Numbered from the stretch's first letter, positions 20,925-34,795 are shown. The stretch is 64,000 bases of DNA from Anthoceros angustus (GCA_010909165.1 VJWM01000197.1:248001-312000); one strand, 5' to 3'. The notes: a model not told the origin generated them from the letters alone. Made by a program: numbers and translations.

Positions 20925-23900
20925 TCACTGTAAAATAGCTTGACGTGTGTAAAGATTATTAAAGGGGCAACTCGTGTGATGGGCTTGTGCTTCTGCAATT
21001 AGGACGTGCCAAACTGGGTCTGTGCCCAGTGTCTCAGCATTCCCGACGATCCACAAGCATTGCCTGAAAAAGACAGGCAAAGGTGGGTTGGTGAAGGTGG
21101 AAGAGAGGAAGCCCAGCAAAAGCTTGCTTTCAAGATAACTGTACCTTGCTCTTGTGATTGCCACGTTCAGCCTCCTGTAATCGGAGAGGAATCCGACGCC
21201 TCCGTATGCATTTGCTCTCACTCCGGAGAAGATGATGACGTCCTTTTCTCTGCCTTGGAATCCATCAACGGATTGGATCTCTATCATCCCTTCGGAGAAT
21301 GCTTCCGCTCTGGAGCTCACTGCAGTTTCGAGTGCATGCACTTGAGCTTTGTACGGTGAGATGATGCCTATCGTGGGTGTACCCTCCTTCCCTTCCCAAC
21401 CTGGCAGACAATAGTAGCACTCATCCTCAAAAACTTACCAAGCCTTGCCAACCAAAACATATTCGGCAGGGCACCTTGCAAATTCGTAGACGAACGCACC
21501 GGTGAGATGAAGCTCGGAAAGAAGATGCATCACTGCTTCAACCTCCTGTGGATTCTTCCAGCTTTTTCCGTTGAGACTCCTCTCCTCATTCCCATGCGGG
21601 ACGTCCATGAAACAGTAGACTCCGTACCGAGTCTGCTGATACTTGGTTGTTGAAACTGCTGCAGAAACCACATTAGCCCCATCCTTCACCAGTCCATCGT
21701 AGAACTGAGCGTTGGGGAAATCGCTGATTGAAGGGTGCATCCGGTACTGCACATTCAGCAACTTGCTGGGATGCCGACCCAACATCTGGAGGCGCTCAAA
21801 CATGCTGCGACCATATCCACATCTCTTGGCCACCTGCGCACCCCACGTTCAAGAGTGGTTTAAACAAGATGCAAAAAATGCCTACAAGAGCTTTGCAAGC
21901 AAGAAGCGAGCCGTCCAAAGTGTTACCCACCTCACTTATCACTACCGCTGGTAATTGCTTGTGATCTCCAACCAAAATGGCCAGCTGCAAAGCTGGTGAC
22001 CGAGTTACAATCAGACTTTCAGCTTCCACGACTTGTGCAGCTTCATCGATGACGAGACATTTAAAGGGCCCCGATCTCTCGATAGTCCGCCCGCCTCCTG
22101 TTGATACTGTGCTGAAGACAATCTTTGCATGCCTCACGCAGACTTTCTCCAACTTGCCAAAGGAAAGGCCATTTCCTCGAAAAAGACGACCAGCACCTTG
22201 GATCTGTTCCAGTACGTGCATGAGAGCCTGCCTGATCTCACAGAAAGTCATGCCAGTGAAGCCGGACTTCATATGCCCTTCCAGATAGTCATGATCATAG
22301 CGCTTGGTACTAGATGTATCATGATCATCAAACCAGCTTGCAAACGTGGTAGGCGTAAGCGTTTCGCAGCTTATGCGGCTGACAAGCTCGTAAAACAGGC
22401 ATGATGCTGCGTTTATCTGCTGTCTCAAGTGCACAGTGAGAATCCCGCTGGGAAGATCAGCGCACAGCACTTGAGAATCATACATCACTCCTTCCGTCCT
22501 CTGGTCCCAGAATGCTTCTTTTACTTTCTCGAGAAACCCTTCACTAGAGAAGCCCTCTGCTGCACATCTTATAGGACATGTGGAGTGCAAAGTTTCTAAA
22601 ACATAGATGGCTGATGTGGTGTAGCCAAGCAGCGCATCATGCAGCCTTGCCACCCTCCGAGGTAAATGAATAGATTGCAGCGGAGTCCCTTCTGCGAGAA
22701 TCTTTGTTTCCCGTCCGACCAAGACCACGTCTCCAGGGTACAGCACGCTAACAGCCTTCTCCCCAAGTTGCAAAGTCGAGGCACTGAATTGACTCTCATA
22801 ATTTGCAGTGAGCATGACTTTGGCAAACCTAGTCGCCAGTTCACAAACTGCCGTGTTGGTGGGCGCGCACATCTTTGTACGAATGCCCAAGTTCCCCAGA
22901 ATGGAAAGCAAGGAGACAAGCATGGTTGTCTTGCCTGTTCCTGGTGGCCCCTGGATCAGTCTCAAACGAGTCTGGTGTCCCCCCAGAAACCCAAGAACGG
23001 ATACCGTTATCGCATTCACCTGCGCTTCGTTCAGCTCTCTCCGATCCCTACAGTATCTCTCAATCAAACCTTTGGAGTCGGACCAGTTTTGATGATTCTG
23101 CTCTTCCATCAACTTCTCATGCTCAGCTGCTCCACTTTCCTACAAATGCGCACGATCATGTCACAAAATCAAATTTTGGAATGAGTTTACTAAATGGTAG
23201 ATGCTACCATCAACTGGCAAGCTGGAACGAACAAACAAAGCTCAAAAACCATGAAACTTCGGTTGAAATGACCACAGTACTTGTGAAACTTGGAGCCTGC
23301 AGAAAGCGTCCTGAATCACTGGAGCTGGCGTCCCGGATACAAGGAGCTCATCAATCGCTTTTCCCGTTCTCAGCATTGTAGCGAAATTCCCCAGATATAC
23401 AATGTGCCAAATTTTGTCACAAGCTCCTTCACCTACTGCCTCTTGGAGGGATTCGCTCGTGACGAACATCTCCACTGACCAACGCCATCCGCGCGATCTG
23501 CCCCGCACTAAGCCCAGAAAGAAAAGCGCTCGTGTGGAATTGCGCATACTACTCGGTGGCCTGGTGGCGAAGTTGGGGTCATTGGTGAGCAGAACGCAGT
23601 CAGAGGGCATGGGTTCATACCACCTCTTGTGCTTCGGCCGCTGGGGAGTGATGTCAGCGACGATCGTGCCACTGCCCTGCACTAACAACCGAAGCTTCTC
23701 CGAATTGCTTACTTTCAGCGAGACACGGGTGAAAAGTGCGGAGCGCAGGTGTTCCAGCCCCTGCTGTAACTGCGCTCTCGCCTCCTCCAGGACCAGAGGC
23801 CGGAACGCTGAGGCGCCGTGTTCCTGCGACCTGAAACTCAAAGGAAGCCCGCCCACCTGCAGGGACAGAGTGCAGGCACCCATGGATTTCAAAACCGCGT

Positions 23901-24127
23901 TTGCAATGAGATACAGTCTGATTACGTGTTGTTATGGCATCGCGGTCGGAATTTCAAGCACCGCATTTTCACAGAGTCCATGATCGTGTTCACAAGCTTA
24001 CCGCTTCGGAAAGTAGTTGTCGATTCATAACGTCGGGAATGGACCATTCCAGCAACACGTCTACAAAGCGCGTCTCGCCATCAAGTTCTGTGGAATCCAT
24101 GCAGCTTGTGCTACTTTCAGATGCCAT
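20925..24127 (-). CDS. SEN1/UPF1-like superfamily-1 helicase (copy 2), multi-exon; extra 3' exons toward ~19300 are possible
   Basis: [18 protein letters not shown]...[100 protein letters not shown]. Confidence 0.88.
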
Positions 24128-24932
24128 CGCGTCCAAATTGCTCCAACAACAACAAACGTTTATATGTAGGTACTCCACGCTTAAGCTGATTTTGAAGAGG
24201 CCTGCCACACTTGGTTAATTTGCATTTACCCTAAATGCAAACTATGTACTCTCCGTAAACGCCGCGCCGACAAAATATTATCAATAAATATGCACACACA
24301 AAGACATACCAAACACCAGCCTGAAGAGCCTTTACATAGGGGACATGTCCCTCCCCAAATAAGGAATCTATTATTGTAGTCTAGATGTATTATACTATAA
24401 ATAGAGCAAGTTTTGTAAACTACTATTATGTCTAAGGTGACGGGGGGCAATGAGACCTCAATCCCGTCAAGCCTTCGTAGCCGAGGATTGAGCCTTTCAC
24501 AACGGATGGCAATTTAAGCCTTGCTGGTTTTTGTGAGAGGCCACGGTGGGTGAGGGTCACCGCCAACAATCTAGCAACACACTCTTGGGATTCCCGAGAC
24601 CAGTAGACACCTTGGGCAACAAAGGAACAACGACCTAGCAAACACCAATTCCAGCACACCAAGATGCTGGTGTGCTAAACACACATGCAAGGATTGGCCA
24701 GCCTCAGCAAATAGACTGCTACTACACGTACGAAGAACACAAGGAGGAGAAAATCTCCTAGCTCCTCAACTGACTGTAGCCACAACCATCGAAACGTAAG
24801 AGCTGCTCGAAGGACGCATATCACATCACAAAGGGAACAGATGTTCAAGAGCCATGGCTCCTTTGCTGGATCATGGTTGAAGTGCTTCTTATATCAAACT
24901 ACTCCTTCTAAAAACGCCATCGCTTTTAAGAG

Positions 24933-25142
24933 TAGATCATGTTCACACTCTAGAAGTTTGGTTAATGGAAATATATGTAACCTTTTTTTTTAATCTTAGA
25001 AGCAACTTTTTACCATCTTGGTTTTTCATAACCGATAGATCATGTTCACACTTTGGAAGATTTGGTGAATGGAAATGTATGTAACTTTTTTTTTTAATAA
25101 TCTTAGAAGCAACTTTTTACCATCTTGGTTTTTTATGACCGA
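24933..25142. repeat. Two-copy ~103-bp tandem repeat
   Basis: tagatcatgttcacact...agaagcaactttttaccatcttggttttt...accga occurs twice. Confidence 0.85.
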
Positions 25143-25933
25143 TTTAATGGAATCTCAGTAGCTTGGGTAATTACAGACTCCGGTGCAGGCAAAGACATCA
25201 CAAACCGGCTGTACACACTTTCAAATGCGTATTTTGTCGAAGCACTCAAATTGGACTCCTTCATCCTTCCTCATTGACAATTGTCACACGGAAATAAATG
25301 CTATTCGTGCAATCTTTGGACCAAGTATGGCAATATTTTTATGCTTATGTCATATATCCAAATGTTGGCTTAGACATTTGTAACAAAAGGTTTGTGATCC
25401 TGAAGTGAGAAAATGATGATTACACAAGGCTTTTTTAGATATGGATGTAATGTATGCTGATAGCAGCATAGAGAAAGGCTTGGCTGTAGTATTGTTCACG
25501 CTTTTGGTTTCAATCATATTGCACTACTAAAAACAAGGTGCTTTTGTTCCCATTTTATAATAGTTTTCGGCCAATTTCGATCATGGGACTTGGTACTTTG
25601 ACAGCTTGCTGCACCATGGTATGCCTAAGCCACTTGCATCCTTTCCCTCTATAGCACCATGAGACTTTATGTAAAAAAGAAATGGAAATATCCATCTACT
25701 CTTAGAAGAAGGGGAAGATGGGATAGCCCTTCTACATCATCCAAGAGCAGCCAGTAGACTTGGGAGATGCAAAAAGTACTTAGGCTTACAGAGAGAAGCT
25801 TGTACGCTCGGGGGCAAGTCACTTGAAAATTAGCTAAGTCAAGACGTATTTAGCCCGTTCTTGGAGCATGTACCCATATGTACATTTTGTTCAATCAAAT
25901 TTCAGAGTTCATTTTGTTCACGAATCAATATTA

Positions 25934-26100
25934 ACAGTAACCACTAACCTAACTTGATTGGCAGTTAAGTCTATCACCAACTAACCTTAATCGGTATTTG
26001 ATCTTGATTCAAAGTAAGACAGTAACCACTAACCTAACTTGATTGGCAGTTAAGTCTATCACCAACTAACCTTAATCGGAATTTGATCTTGATTCAAAGA
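25934..26100. repeat. Two-copy ~85-bp tandem repeat
   Basis: acagtaaccactaacctaacttgattggcagttaagtctatcaccaactaaccttaatcgg...gattcaaag occurs twice. Confidence 0.9.
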
Positions 26101-26352
26101 AAGTCACCTATGGATACGAATGCTGCTCCCTAACCAGCTTGACACGTGCTATAACAAATTTATCAAATAAAATATTTAAGTTATATTTAATTCATAAATC
26201 ATCCAAAAGCACCTAGGTGGAGAAACAACAAAATACCCCGGCTCATGGAGAGTAAACTTTTATTAGGTACAGTTAGGGGCAGGTCACTTGAAAATACTTT
26301 TACCTATTAAACTTTGGACAGGTCACTTGAAAATTAGTTAAGTCTGGACGTA

Positions 26353-26697
26353 CCGTATCCCAAGGGGTGATTCGGCGTTAATTAATTAAAATTAGTAAAA
26401 GTTGAAAATCCAGAAATTATTATACTTAAAATATTGAATAGGTAAAAATTTATGAGTTTATGATGCGAAAATAAGGAAACTAGGGTTTGTGTGGAAAATT
26501 AGGGCCTATTTAGGGAGATCTATACATATCCATTAGTTTTATATATACCTATATATTTTAATAAATGTTGAAATTTGATAAAATTATTTTTTGTAAATGT
26601 TGAAATTTTAAAAAATATAAATATTTATGTTGAACCTTGTTTTTTTCAAAAAATAATTATTTTGGCATTATCCGTTGAACCACCCTTCGAGGTACGG
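26353..26697. mobile_element. Tc1/mariner-type MITE (345 bp) with TA TSD
   Basis: ta|ccgtatcccaaggggtgattc...gaaccacccttcgaggtacgg|ta: imperfect ~25-bp TIRs and an AT-rich interior. A related uninterrupted site (aagacgtatt) lies at ~25841. Confidence 0.75.
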
Positions 26698-28192
26698 TAT
26701 TCAGTAGTTGCAGCGATGTAGCCGGTTATACCTACGTACGTACATTTTGTTCACGAATCAGCATTAACGGAATTGTTCAAAAGGCGAGCTCCGGCTCCTC
26801 GGACGCAATTTTGATATTCATATTGAAAATGGATGGCTCTACGATGCAGGCGGAGAGACTTAGGATCTTGAAGACGACGCCGAACTGATTCTGTACTCCC
26901 GAGGGGATCTGGCAAAAGCTTGGAAACAGATTTACGACAAGATTCTTTGCACGCAACAGCACAGTGCACACCGCAGAACTGTTTTGCGTTCGCGAAAATC
27001 AACTCATGGTCTGATAACCGCAGCTAGGCGCCATCAATTTGTCAACAGATGCAATCCTGCGGCATCTGACAGGTCGAGGCCGCTCCGCTTGCAAACATGC
27101 ATGAATTGAACACGCATCCTGCCGGGATGGTGTCAATTGCTGGCAGCCGCTCATGGTACTGGACTAGAACTTGAGTGGAAGCGGGGCAACATCTTGCAGG
27201 TGACGCGGGTCTTCCGCCTTGGGACCAGTCGCGGTAGCCAGAAGGCTCCCGGTCTCCAAGTTCTGGTGGCTGATCTTCCTCTTCCCCGGCTTCACCTTCT
27301 TTGGCGAAGCCGGGAACCCGGATGAGCGGGCGGAGAAGCACATGGCTGGTCACAGAGAAGTGCAATTCAAGAAACCGATGTGCTCCGAGCCCTCCCCGAT
27401 TGCTCCTTGGGAAGCCTAGGCCTGCAGAGCGGCGGAGCGGATTAGGCACCGCCTGCTGCGCCGGTGGACAGATCTACGAGACTTAGTCCGCGACACAAAG
27501 ATTGCAAGCAGAAATATGTCAGCGGCCCGACGCCGACGGCACCTCACTCACCTTGAACTGGAGCCTGCAGTGCTGTGAGGCTCGATGCCTAGACTGGAAA
27601 AGGGAAGTGCTGAGGAAGCAACGCAGTAGCGGCCTACTCTACATAGGTAGGCACATGGTGTGAGAGTGACATCATGGTCCACCGCAGGAAAAACCAGTGC
27701 TGCTCGGAAAACTGTCATCCTGCATCAAGACAACTAGCCACTCTGCCTTCGAGAAGGTCATATCACATCACAATAATGTTCCGTCTGTACACCACCAATG
27801 GTTTTGATAATGGGCAACAACTCTCTCGTGGATACGCGTCTCTCGGTCCAATCACGCCAGTAAAAGACGGTGCCCTCAACATGAGCCCTGCCCGCACGGA
27901 ACAGCCAATTCGTCTCCCACGATCCACTTATTACTTCAAAATCTAGAATATACTAGGCACCTCTCTCGCGCAGGACAAGTGCTGTCTCAGACGACCTATG
28001 TAGTACCACCTACTTCTGTTCAGCGCGACCGTGTCACAACAGACAATACCACCGGCATGACTCTCAGAATCAACAAGCCTCGCCCACACCACAGGCACAC
28101 TGAGTTGGACAGCTGCGAAATTCCTATGCGTAGCCGAGTTGTGGGCAGTGGCTGTCCACTAACGGTCGCGGAAGCGTCATGCCATCCGGCCT

Positions 28193-31100
28193 CTATGTAC
28201 ATACTCGTGTCGGAGTGGCTTCTCGATCAGCTGCGCTGCTGATCATGCTCTGCGAGGGTGACGGGCTGCTTATTCTTTTCCGCCCAGCCCGCGGCACCGG
28301 AACCAGAGAGTCAGTCTCCGAGCTGCTCCCTTTTTCTGCAAAATCGTCGTAAGGCTGGTCGTGGTACCACACGAATTTCGGGTTCTTCTTCCACTTCGCA
28401 GGAAATACTAAATCATCCATCCTGTACAGCAGCAGAACAGAACGGGGGAATCATGAGAATAGGTTTGACGCCAGGTGAACGAGAAGCTGATGCTGCCAAG
28501 GGTGAGATGAACTTGCCTGTCCCAGCATCTACTTCTGCAGCACGCGAGGTAGGCAAAAGAGTAGGTTGCCATTTCCCGCGCAACACCGCTCAGAAGCGAG
28601 GTCAGAGAGTCTTTGGTCACCGCATCCCAAACCATGATAACTTGCACATCCTGGTTCGGTTGCCTCTCCACGTCGATGCTCCAAACCAAATGCAGGCTGT
28701 CTATTTGTTGGACCTGACCAAGAGCAAGACATATGTTAAAGGATGCTCCCAAGATCCCCCGCCAACTCAATTTTCTTACCACCAGCGTAAGAGTATCTCT
28801 TACCTTCGCAAGCCAGCATACAGGTTCGGGGGAGGAAAGTGTCTGCCTTCCTGTTGCCAGGTCCAATAAGAAGTTGATTATCTTATGGGACAATTGAGCG
28901 GTCAAGATCCGGATGGTTCTGTTAAAATGTCGGCTGAAGCGAACCTGCGGCACTAAAACAGAGCCTTGCAATGCTGCACATACAGCCCTTCAAGACGAAA
29001 GCAAGACCGCTCACGTTCAGGATTTTAAACATTAACACTTCGTCTGATAACGGAAAAGTCACTGACCTCCCATATAGTGTTGCTGAAAAGGCGATCATGC
29101 ACATGGTCCACTGTATTGCAGAACTCGAAATTCCAATTTTTTTGGTCCAACCTTGGCGTCGTCAGGATCGCCGTCGAAGCTTCAGAATCGGGGGCACTTA
29201 GAAAGTAGAAACCCCTCACCTTTGCATCCACTATTAGCTGCTTCCAGATTTCATCATTAGCCCCAAGCGTACCCTCATTGCCAACAATCCACAGGCTATA
29301 CCTGCAGCGAAGTATTTCGTCAACGAAGAAACGTTCCAGTGAAAGAAGTGCGATGCCAGACATCACATTTGACGAGACAGAAAAAGTACCTTGCTCGTGT
29401 CAAAGCCACATTGAGCCTACGAACGTCACTCAAAAACCCGATGCTCCCATCCAGGTTTCCTCGGACAGTAGTGAACAAAATGACATCCTTCTCTGCCCCT
29501 TGGAAGCCATCCACAGATTTGATTTCCACATCGAGACAGTTCAGCCTCTCAGCGTAATCAGAGTGGAAACGTCTCTTCAGCAGCTGAACCTGGCCAGAAT
29601 ATGGAGATATAACTCCAACGCTCACCTTAGGTAGGCCCTTTTGCAAACAGACTGATATGCAGGAGTCAGTGGTCAGAGGAGAAGATATCACCTTCCACAG
29701 TCGAAAATAACCGATTCACCACGCTGATGCATTCTGGTACCTGACTGCAGCTTGAATAGCAGTTCGACCACAACAGAAGCCTCTAAATTATTTTCTCTAC
29801 TTCTGTGGTCATCACAACGGCCTTCCCGCCCTTCCTGTACATCTATGAATGCGTAAGCTCCATAAAGCTCTTGAAAGAATCTATCGTAGTGATCTCCAAC
29901 GACATTTGGTCCATCTTTAAGCTTGCCACCATAAAATGTAGAATTGGGAAATTTGCTTATGGCAGGATGCATCCTATACTGTACATTCAGAAGATGGCAC
30001 CGGCCATTTCTCAATTCCATTATCCTTTCAAACAAACTTCGACCGTAGCCACAGCTTTTTGCAACCTGCCACACCTATATGCATCAGTAGCAGCCAAAAC
30101 AAGCTGTAAGTCTTCCAGAGATGAAGTCAAAGCATATTTCCCACCACATACCTGGCTTATCACTGTAGCTGGCAGCTGCTTGTGGTCCCCAACCAGAACA
30201 AGCTCCTTGATTCCATCTGTCTGTGTCACAATTGAAGTCTCTGATTCTAGAAGCTGTGCGGCCTCATCTACAATGACACATGGGTAAGACGAGCCATGCC
30301 TAATGCTGACACGGGCCGCTGATGACACTGTGCTGAACACAATCTGTGCATGCCTTACACATTCAGTCTCAAAAAAAATCCTTAAGGTGATGTCTGGGGA
30401 GTCCTCTGATGGAAAGGTGGTCAGGAGATCAGGCAAAGAATCAAGAACTTCAGAGAGCTCCGTTTTTATTCTACAAAAATTGACGAATCTCTCATCAGAG
30501 GAAATCTGGGAAGGGTCCCCGTTCTCTGTTTCACAGGCGACCCCATTCGTATCACATGGTTTTTCTGACATTCCTTGACCAGACAGAGCTTCTGACACAC
30601 TCTTCGAGGTGTTTTCCTTGGCATGGACCTTCACTGTCCTGGATTCTCCACAGTCACCGTTATGTCCAACAACATCTTCTACAACTCCGTTTGAGTCACC
30701 CATCTCAGTGCTCCAATCACTTTTTGATATGTGCCCCAAGCTGGAACTTTGCATTGCCTCGGCACAGACGAAGTTCCTGTTCTGCTGGAATGGAACTACA
30801 TCAGCTCGGTCTTCACCACTGGATATGCCGGCAGGAAGAGTGCTAAGGTGAGAATGTCTTCTCCCACTCGTTCTAATTGGACCGTTTGCCAGCTTTGTGC
30901 CAGGTTTGGTTACATCAAACCAGTCCTCTGCCTCTTTGGCTGTCAAATATGTCACAAGGTGCAGCATCTCCTGCACATAGTTCGCAGCTTCTTGCAGTCT
31001 GAACATGCCAGTAGACACAAGCAAATGGCTAGGCAAGTCAGTCAAAAGAGTGTGAAAGTGCTGAGTCACTACTTTTGCCCGGGCCTTGAATTGGTCTCTT

Positions 31101-33609
31101 AAAAACCGCAGATAATTGGAAGATTGGTCATCATCTTCAGCTCCTGTCTCGAGGTACATTCCTCTTGCATACCCTGGTCTGAACAACTCCACAAGCCTCT
31201 CTGCCGTGGTGCTTAGTCCGGTTTCTGGACTGAGTGCCTTCACCAGGCGGCTAACCCTCATAGGAAGGAAAATCTGGACGAGAGAGGACTCCAGAGCACA
31301 TTTGTCTTCATTTCCTGCCAGAAGTATATCTCCCAATCGGATAACAGTGGTTTTCTTCATAACACCCTCCACACGCAATTCGTTGCAAAAGTGCCCAAAT
31401 TGCCGAAGTTCAACCTCCTCTGCCACTCCCAAGCTAGTTGAAGACACAAAGTCAAGAAACCGTTTCGCAATCTCCGCTACTGCCGTATTGGTTGGGGCAC
31501 ACACTAATGAGCGAACTGATAAGCAGCTCAGAACAGACAGCATTGTTGCAATAGTTGATGTCTTCCCAGTGCCTGGAGGGCCCTGAACAAGTTCAACAGA
31601 GGGATGGTGTTGCTCCTTCAAGAGTCCCATCACTACGCTTCTGATTGCTGCTCCCTGAGAGTTGTTCAGGTTGCGCACCTCCTTGCAGTATCTGTGAATT
31701 GCCTCTTCAGCTGCGGACAGTTCTTTGATGACCATGTCCTGAATCCTTTCTCCAGCTGCTGAGAGCCCCTGCGTGACAATGTCCTGAGAGAGTCAGCACA
31801 TCATGCTCAAACAACATGAAATCCGCACAGAAGCATGTATCCTTACCTCTGCAGCATCTTTCACATCCAGAATTTCCTTTATCAGCATGAGAGGGGCCTC
31901 CATGACCCTGGCGTACAGTGGTGGGTGAAGTGCTTCCCATATCCGCAAATCTGGTATTATGGTAGTCAGTTCTATTGCGTACCATATCTGGTCATCAATG
32001 CATGCATCTTGAAGAGTCTGTAGCTCCCGGCTCTGGGAGACAGCATACGTGATGGCCTCGACATCAGTATCAATCCTTTTCCTACGGTCAACATCTATGA
32101 TAGCTAATCTATGGTAGTGCCCCTCATGTCCATTATCCTCACTGGTTCTCCGTCTGTGCAGGAGATCACCAAGATGCTTAGGTCGAAATGTTGCAAGGAG
32201 AATAACATCTCCAGATCTCGGTTTATATGTCGGTCGTTCTGACACAACCAAAAAAATAGCACTTAATCAGCAGCAAGTACGTTATCTACCCTGCTTTCTA
32301 AACCTGCTGGGTAGGTTCAGAAGTCAAGCAGCTCATCCTCGTCCTAAGGCGGCTCGTAGATGAACAACGATATGGCAATGACAGATATTTGTTGCCCTTG
32401 AATTGAAAAAAACGAAAGGAAACTCGAACCTGCTCGTGTCTCTTGCAGGATGTCTTTGGAGGTTCGATACGCCCAGCCATTGATGCACATTGAAATTTTC
32501 TTTAGCTCCCGCTTGAGTCCAGGAAACGAAGACACCCTTTGGAAAGTTACGATGGCATATCGAGCAGTTGCTATACTCTGAAGACTCTGCTCAAGCTGTG
32601 CTCTTACTTCCTCCACAACTGGCTTGCGGAAGCATTTCCAATACTCTTCGACTGACGAAAACCTGAGCGGTATGTCTTTCACCTGACAACGTAGTTACCT
32701 TCCGGGGTGTGAGAAGCTTCATCTCTCCAACTAACGGCTGTGAGAGAGGATCAAGGAATCTCAACATCGCTTTCAAATTTAGGATGTGTTAAGAGGAAAA
32801 TGTCTCACCTTGTTCGACAACAAACTCTCCTGCATGACATCATGCGCACTCCATCGAAGCACTTTAATCAATAGAAGCTGTTTGCATTCATACGCTTCTC
32901 TAGCGCCATCCGCATCCCTAATTCGGACCGTCTCTCCGTCACCTGTCCGCTTCGGTAAGACTGCCCCACCCTCTGTCAGAATCTGAACAGGCACCGGCTG
33001 CCCGAACTGACGGAACACCCACAGCCGGCGATTATCAAGGCTGTAGCAATGCGAATCCTCAAGAAAGACGACACTAATACTGGTGACCTCCTGCACCTTG
33101 ACCGTTCCCGCTCTCAGCTGGTCCAACAAATTCTGTATCAAAAGCTCCGACCTATCCAAAGGCTTCCTCTTCCTGCCACGACCCCGAAATGCTGTTTGCG
33201 GTACGCTGGGAGTAGAGTCGAAATACGGGCTGATGCAATCCTGCGAATACTTAATGTTGCTGGGATGCATCCAGGTGACGCTGTCGCCCATATCAACCGT
33301 CGACTCTGCAGCGCATGCAGCCTCGGGGTGGACTTGATTCAGCCTGCCAACTTCCTCAAACTCCTGCTCGGCCACAGCAAGCAATGCCTCTTCATCCGTC
33401 ATCTCTCTGCCCCTTTGTTCCATCCGACTCCACTCCTCCACCTCACTCAGCTGCAGCGCTTCTGCCAACTCGAAGCCTTCCAGGTCTTCCGCATTCAATT
33501 CGCCCCGGAGGTCCCGGGGCAGAGGCTCGTCCACATCTTCAAGAAGCGCTGCAACCTCCGCAGGCCCCTCATCGCTGTCACTCAGACAGACCACACTATC
33601 TAACGCCAT
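28193..33609 (-). CDS. SEN1/UPF1-like SF1 helicase (copy 1) with N-terminal SIM/UIM-like motifs and ParB-like domain, plus a C-terminal extension; about 10 exons
   Basis: Exon 1 [14 protein letters not shown]...[13 protein letters not shown]...[11 protein letters not shown]...VLRWS. Then IPLRFSS..Y...[84 protein letters not shown]. Tail LLDLATG...LVWSIDV...QVIMVWD. Confidence 0.88.
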
Positions 33610-34795
33610 CCTCACCAGGTATCCGCAAGTACAGCTAGTTTTTCGGCGTCGCCTCCTCTTCCCGCCAGATTCTACTCGGCTGGCTCCCCCTCCATACCAG
33701 CAGCCACGTCCAAAGACCGCGTCCTGAGAATGCGTACAAGAGCAATTGAGCTCTTTGGCTGGAAATTAGCGATCTCTTTCGACAGCACACTGACCAAATT
33801 CCGCGAGTGCAGCAACGAAGAGTACAAACAGAAGCTGCAGAAAATTGCGACACTCCAAAACCAGTTCAGGTACGTGTCTGCAGTTCACGGATTCCGTCCA
33901 CCTCTTACTCGAAGACTTGTCGTCTTCAGTAAGCTGCCAAATCAGTGTTCCTCCCGCTTTCTCCTTTCCTCTTTGCGATGCAGCTCAAGAATTCACACAA
34001 CCATGCAGCGCAACGCGCAACCTGGAGGCTGGAGCGCGATAACCAGCAGCCGCCGCACAATTTGCGCTTCGAATCTCTAAAGACTGCAACGGGCAGTGCC
34101 CGATCCCGCAGCTGGAATTCAGCAGCAACTGCCGAAAGCGCCCGGCGCGGGTAGTGTAGGCGATGCATGGTCGGAGCGTGCCGTGCCGCCAGCGTTGCAT
34201 GCCGTGCAAACGGAGGCGTAATATAGGCATTATTGATTCACTGACGGAAAATCAACCCTCACTCTAATGTCTCGATTAAGTATAATTCAATTTGATATGC
34301 TACTCCGCTGTCAGAACCCTAACGCCCCGGCGACGCCGGCGGGTCGTCAGATGGGGTCAGTGGACAGGACGCCGGGTTACGAAGAGTGCGCGAGTACCGT
34401 GATAAGAAACATTCCCTCCGTGCCAGTAAGCGACAAATTGAGGAGCTCAGTTTCACGCTCTAGAATTTTGAGACATATTCCGCTCGACAACGCAGACATA
34501 ATCAGCACAGTCTACTGTCCGCAGCCTGTGGCTGGAACAACCGGGTGATTCACTTCATCACCTCGCCTAAGTATTCACAGCTAAGTGCGATCCCGTTGAA
34601 CGAGCAATCCCGACTGAAAAACTATGGCTTTGCGATAGGAAAGCCACGTTCTTGATTCTTCAAGCCTGGAAATGGACCACGGCTTAGAAACCATCACACA
34701 ACCGGAGGCTTGCACCAGATCTCGGCAGAGCCAGAAGAGCGACGAGCAGAGCAAGAAGAGCGCACAAGCAGCAGGAACAGACCTGGAAGAGATGC

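Noticed and set aside
24933-26100. Tandem repeats as a possible CRISPR-like array
   Set aside because: Only two adjacent copies each, no unique spacers, no cas genes, eukaryotic context.
26750-28190. Short ORFs between the two helicases
   Set aside because: No recognisable domain or consistent exon chain.
11900-33300. Functional link between the transposon ParB-like domain and the helicase ParB-like domain
   Set aside because: Different signatures (GGNH versus SxDNRRL), no visible sequence similarity, and the helicase lies outside the TIRs; proximity is probably coincidental.
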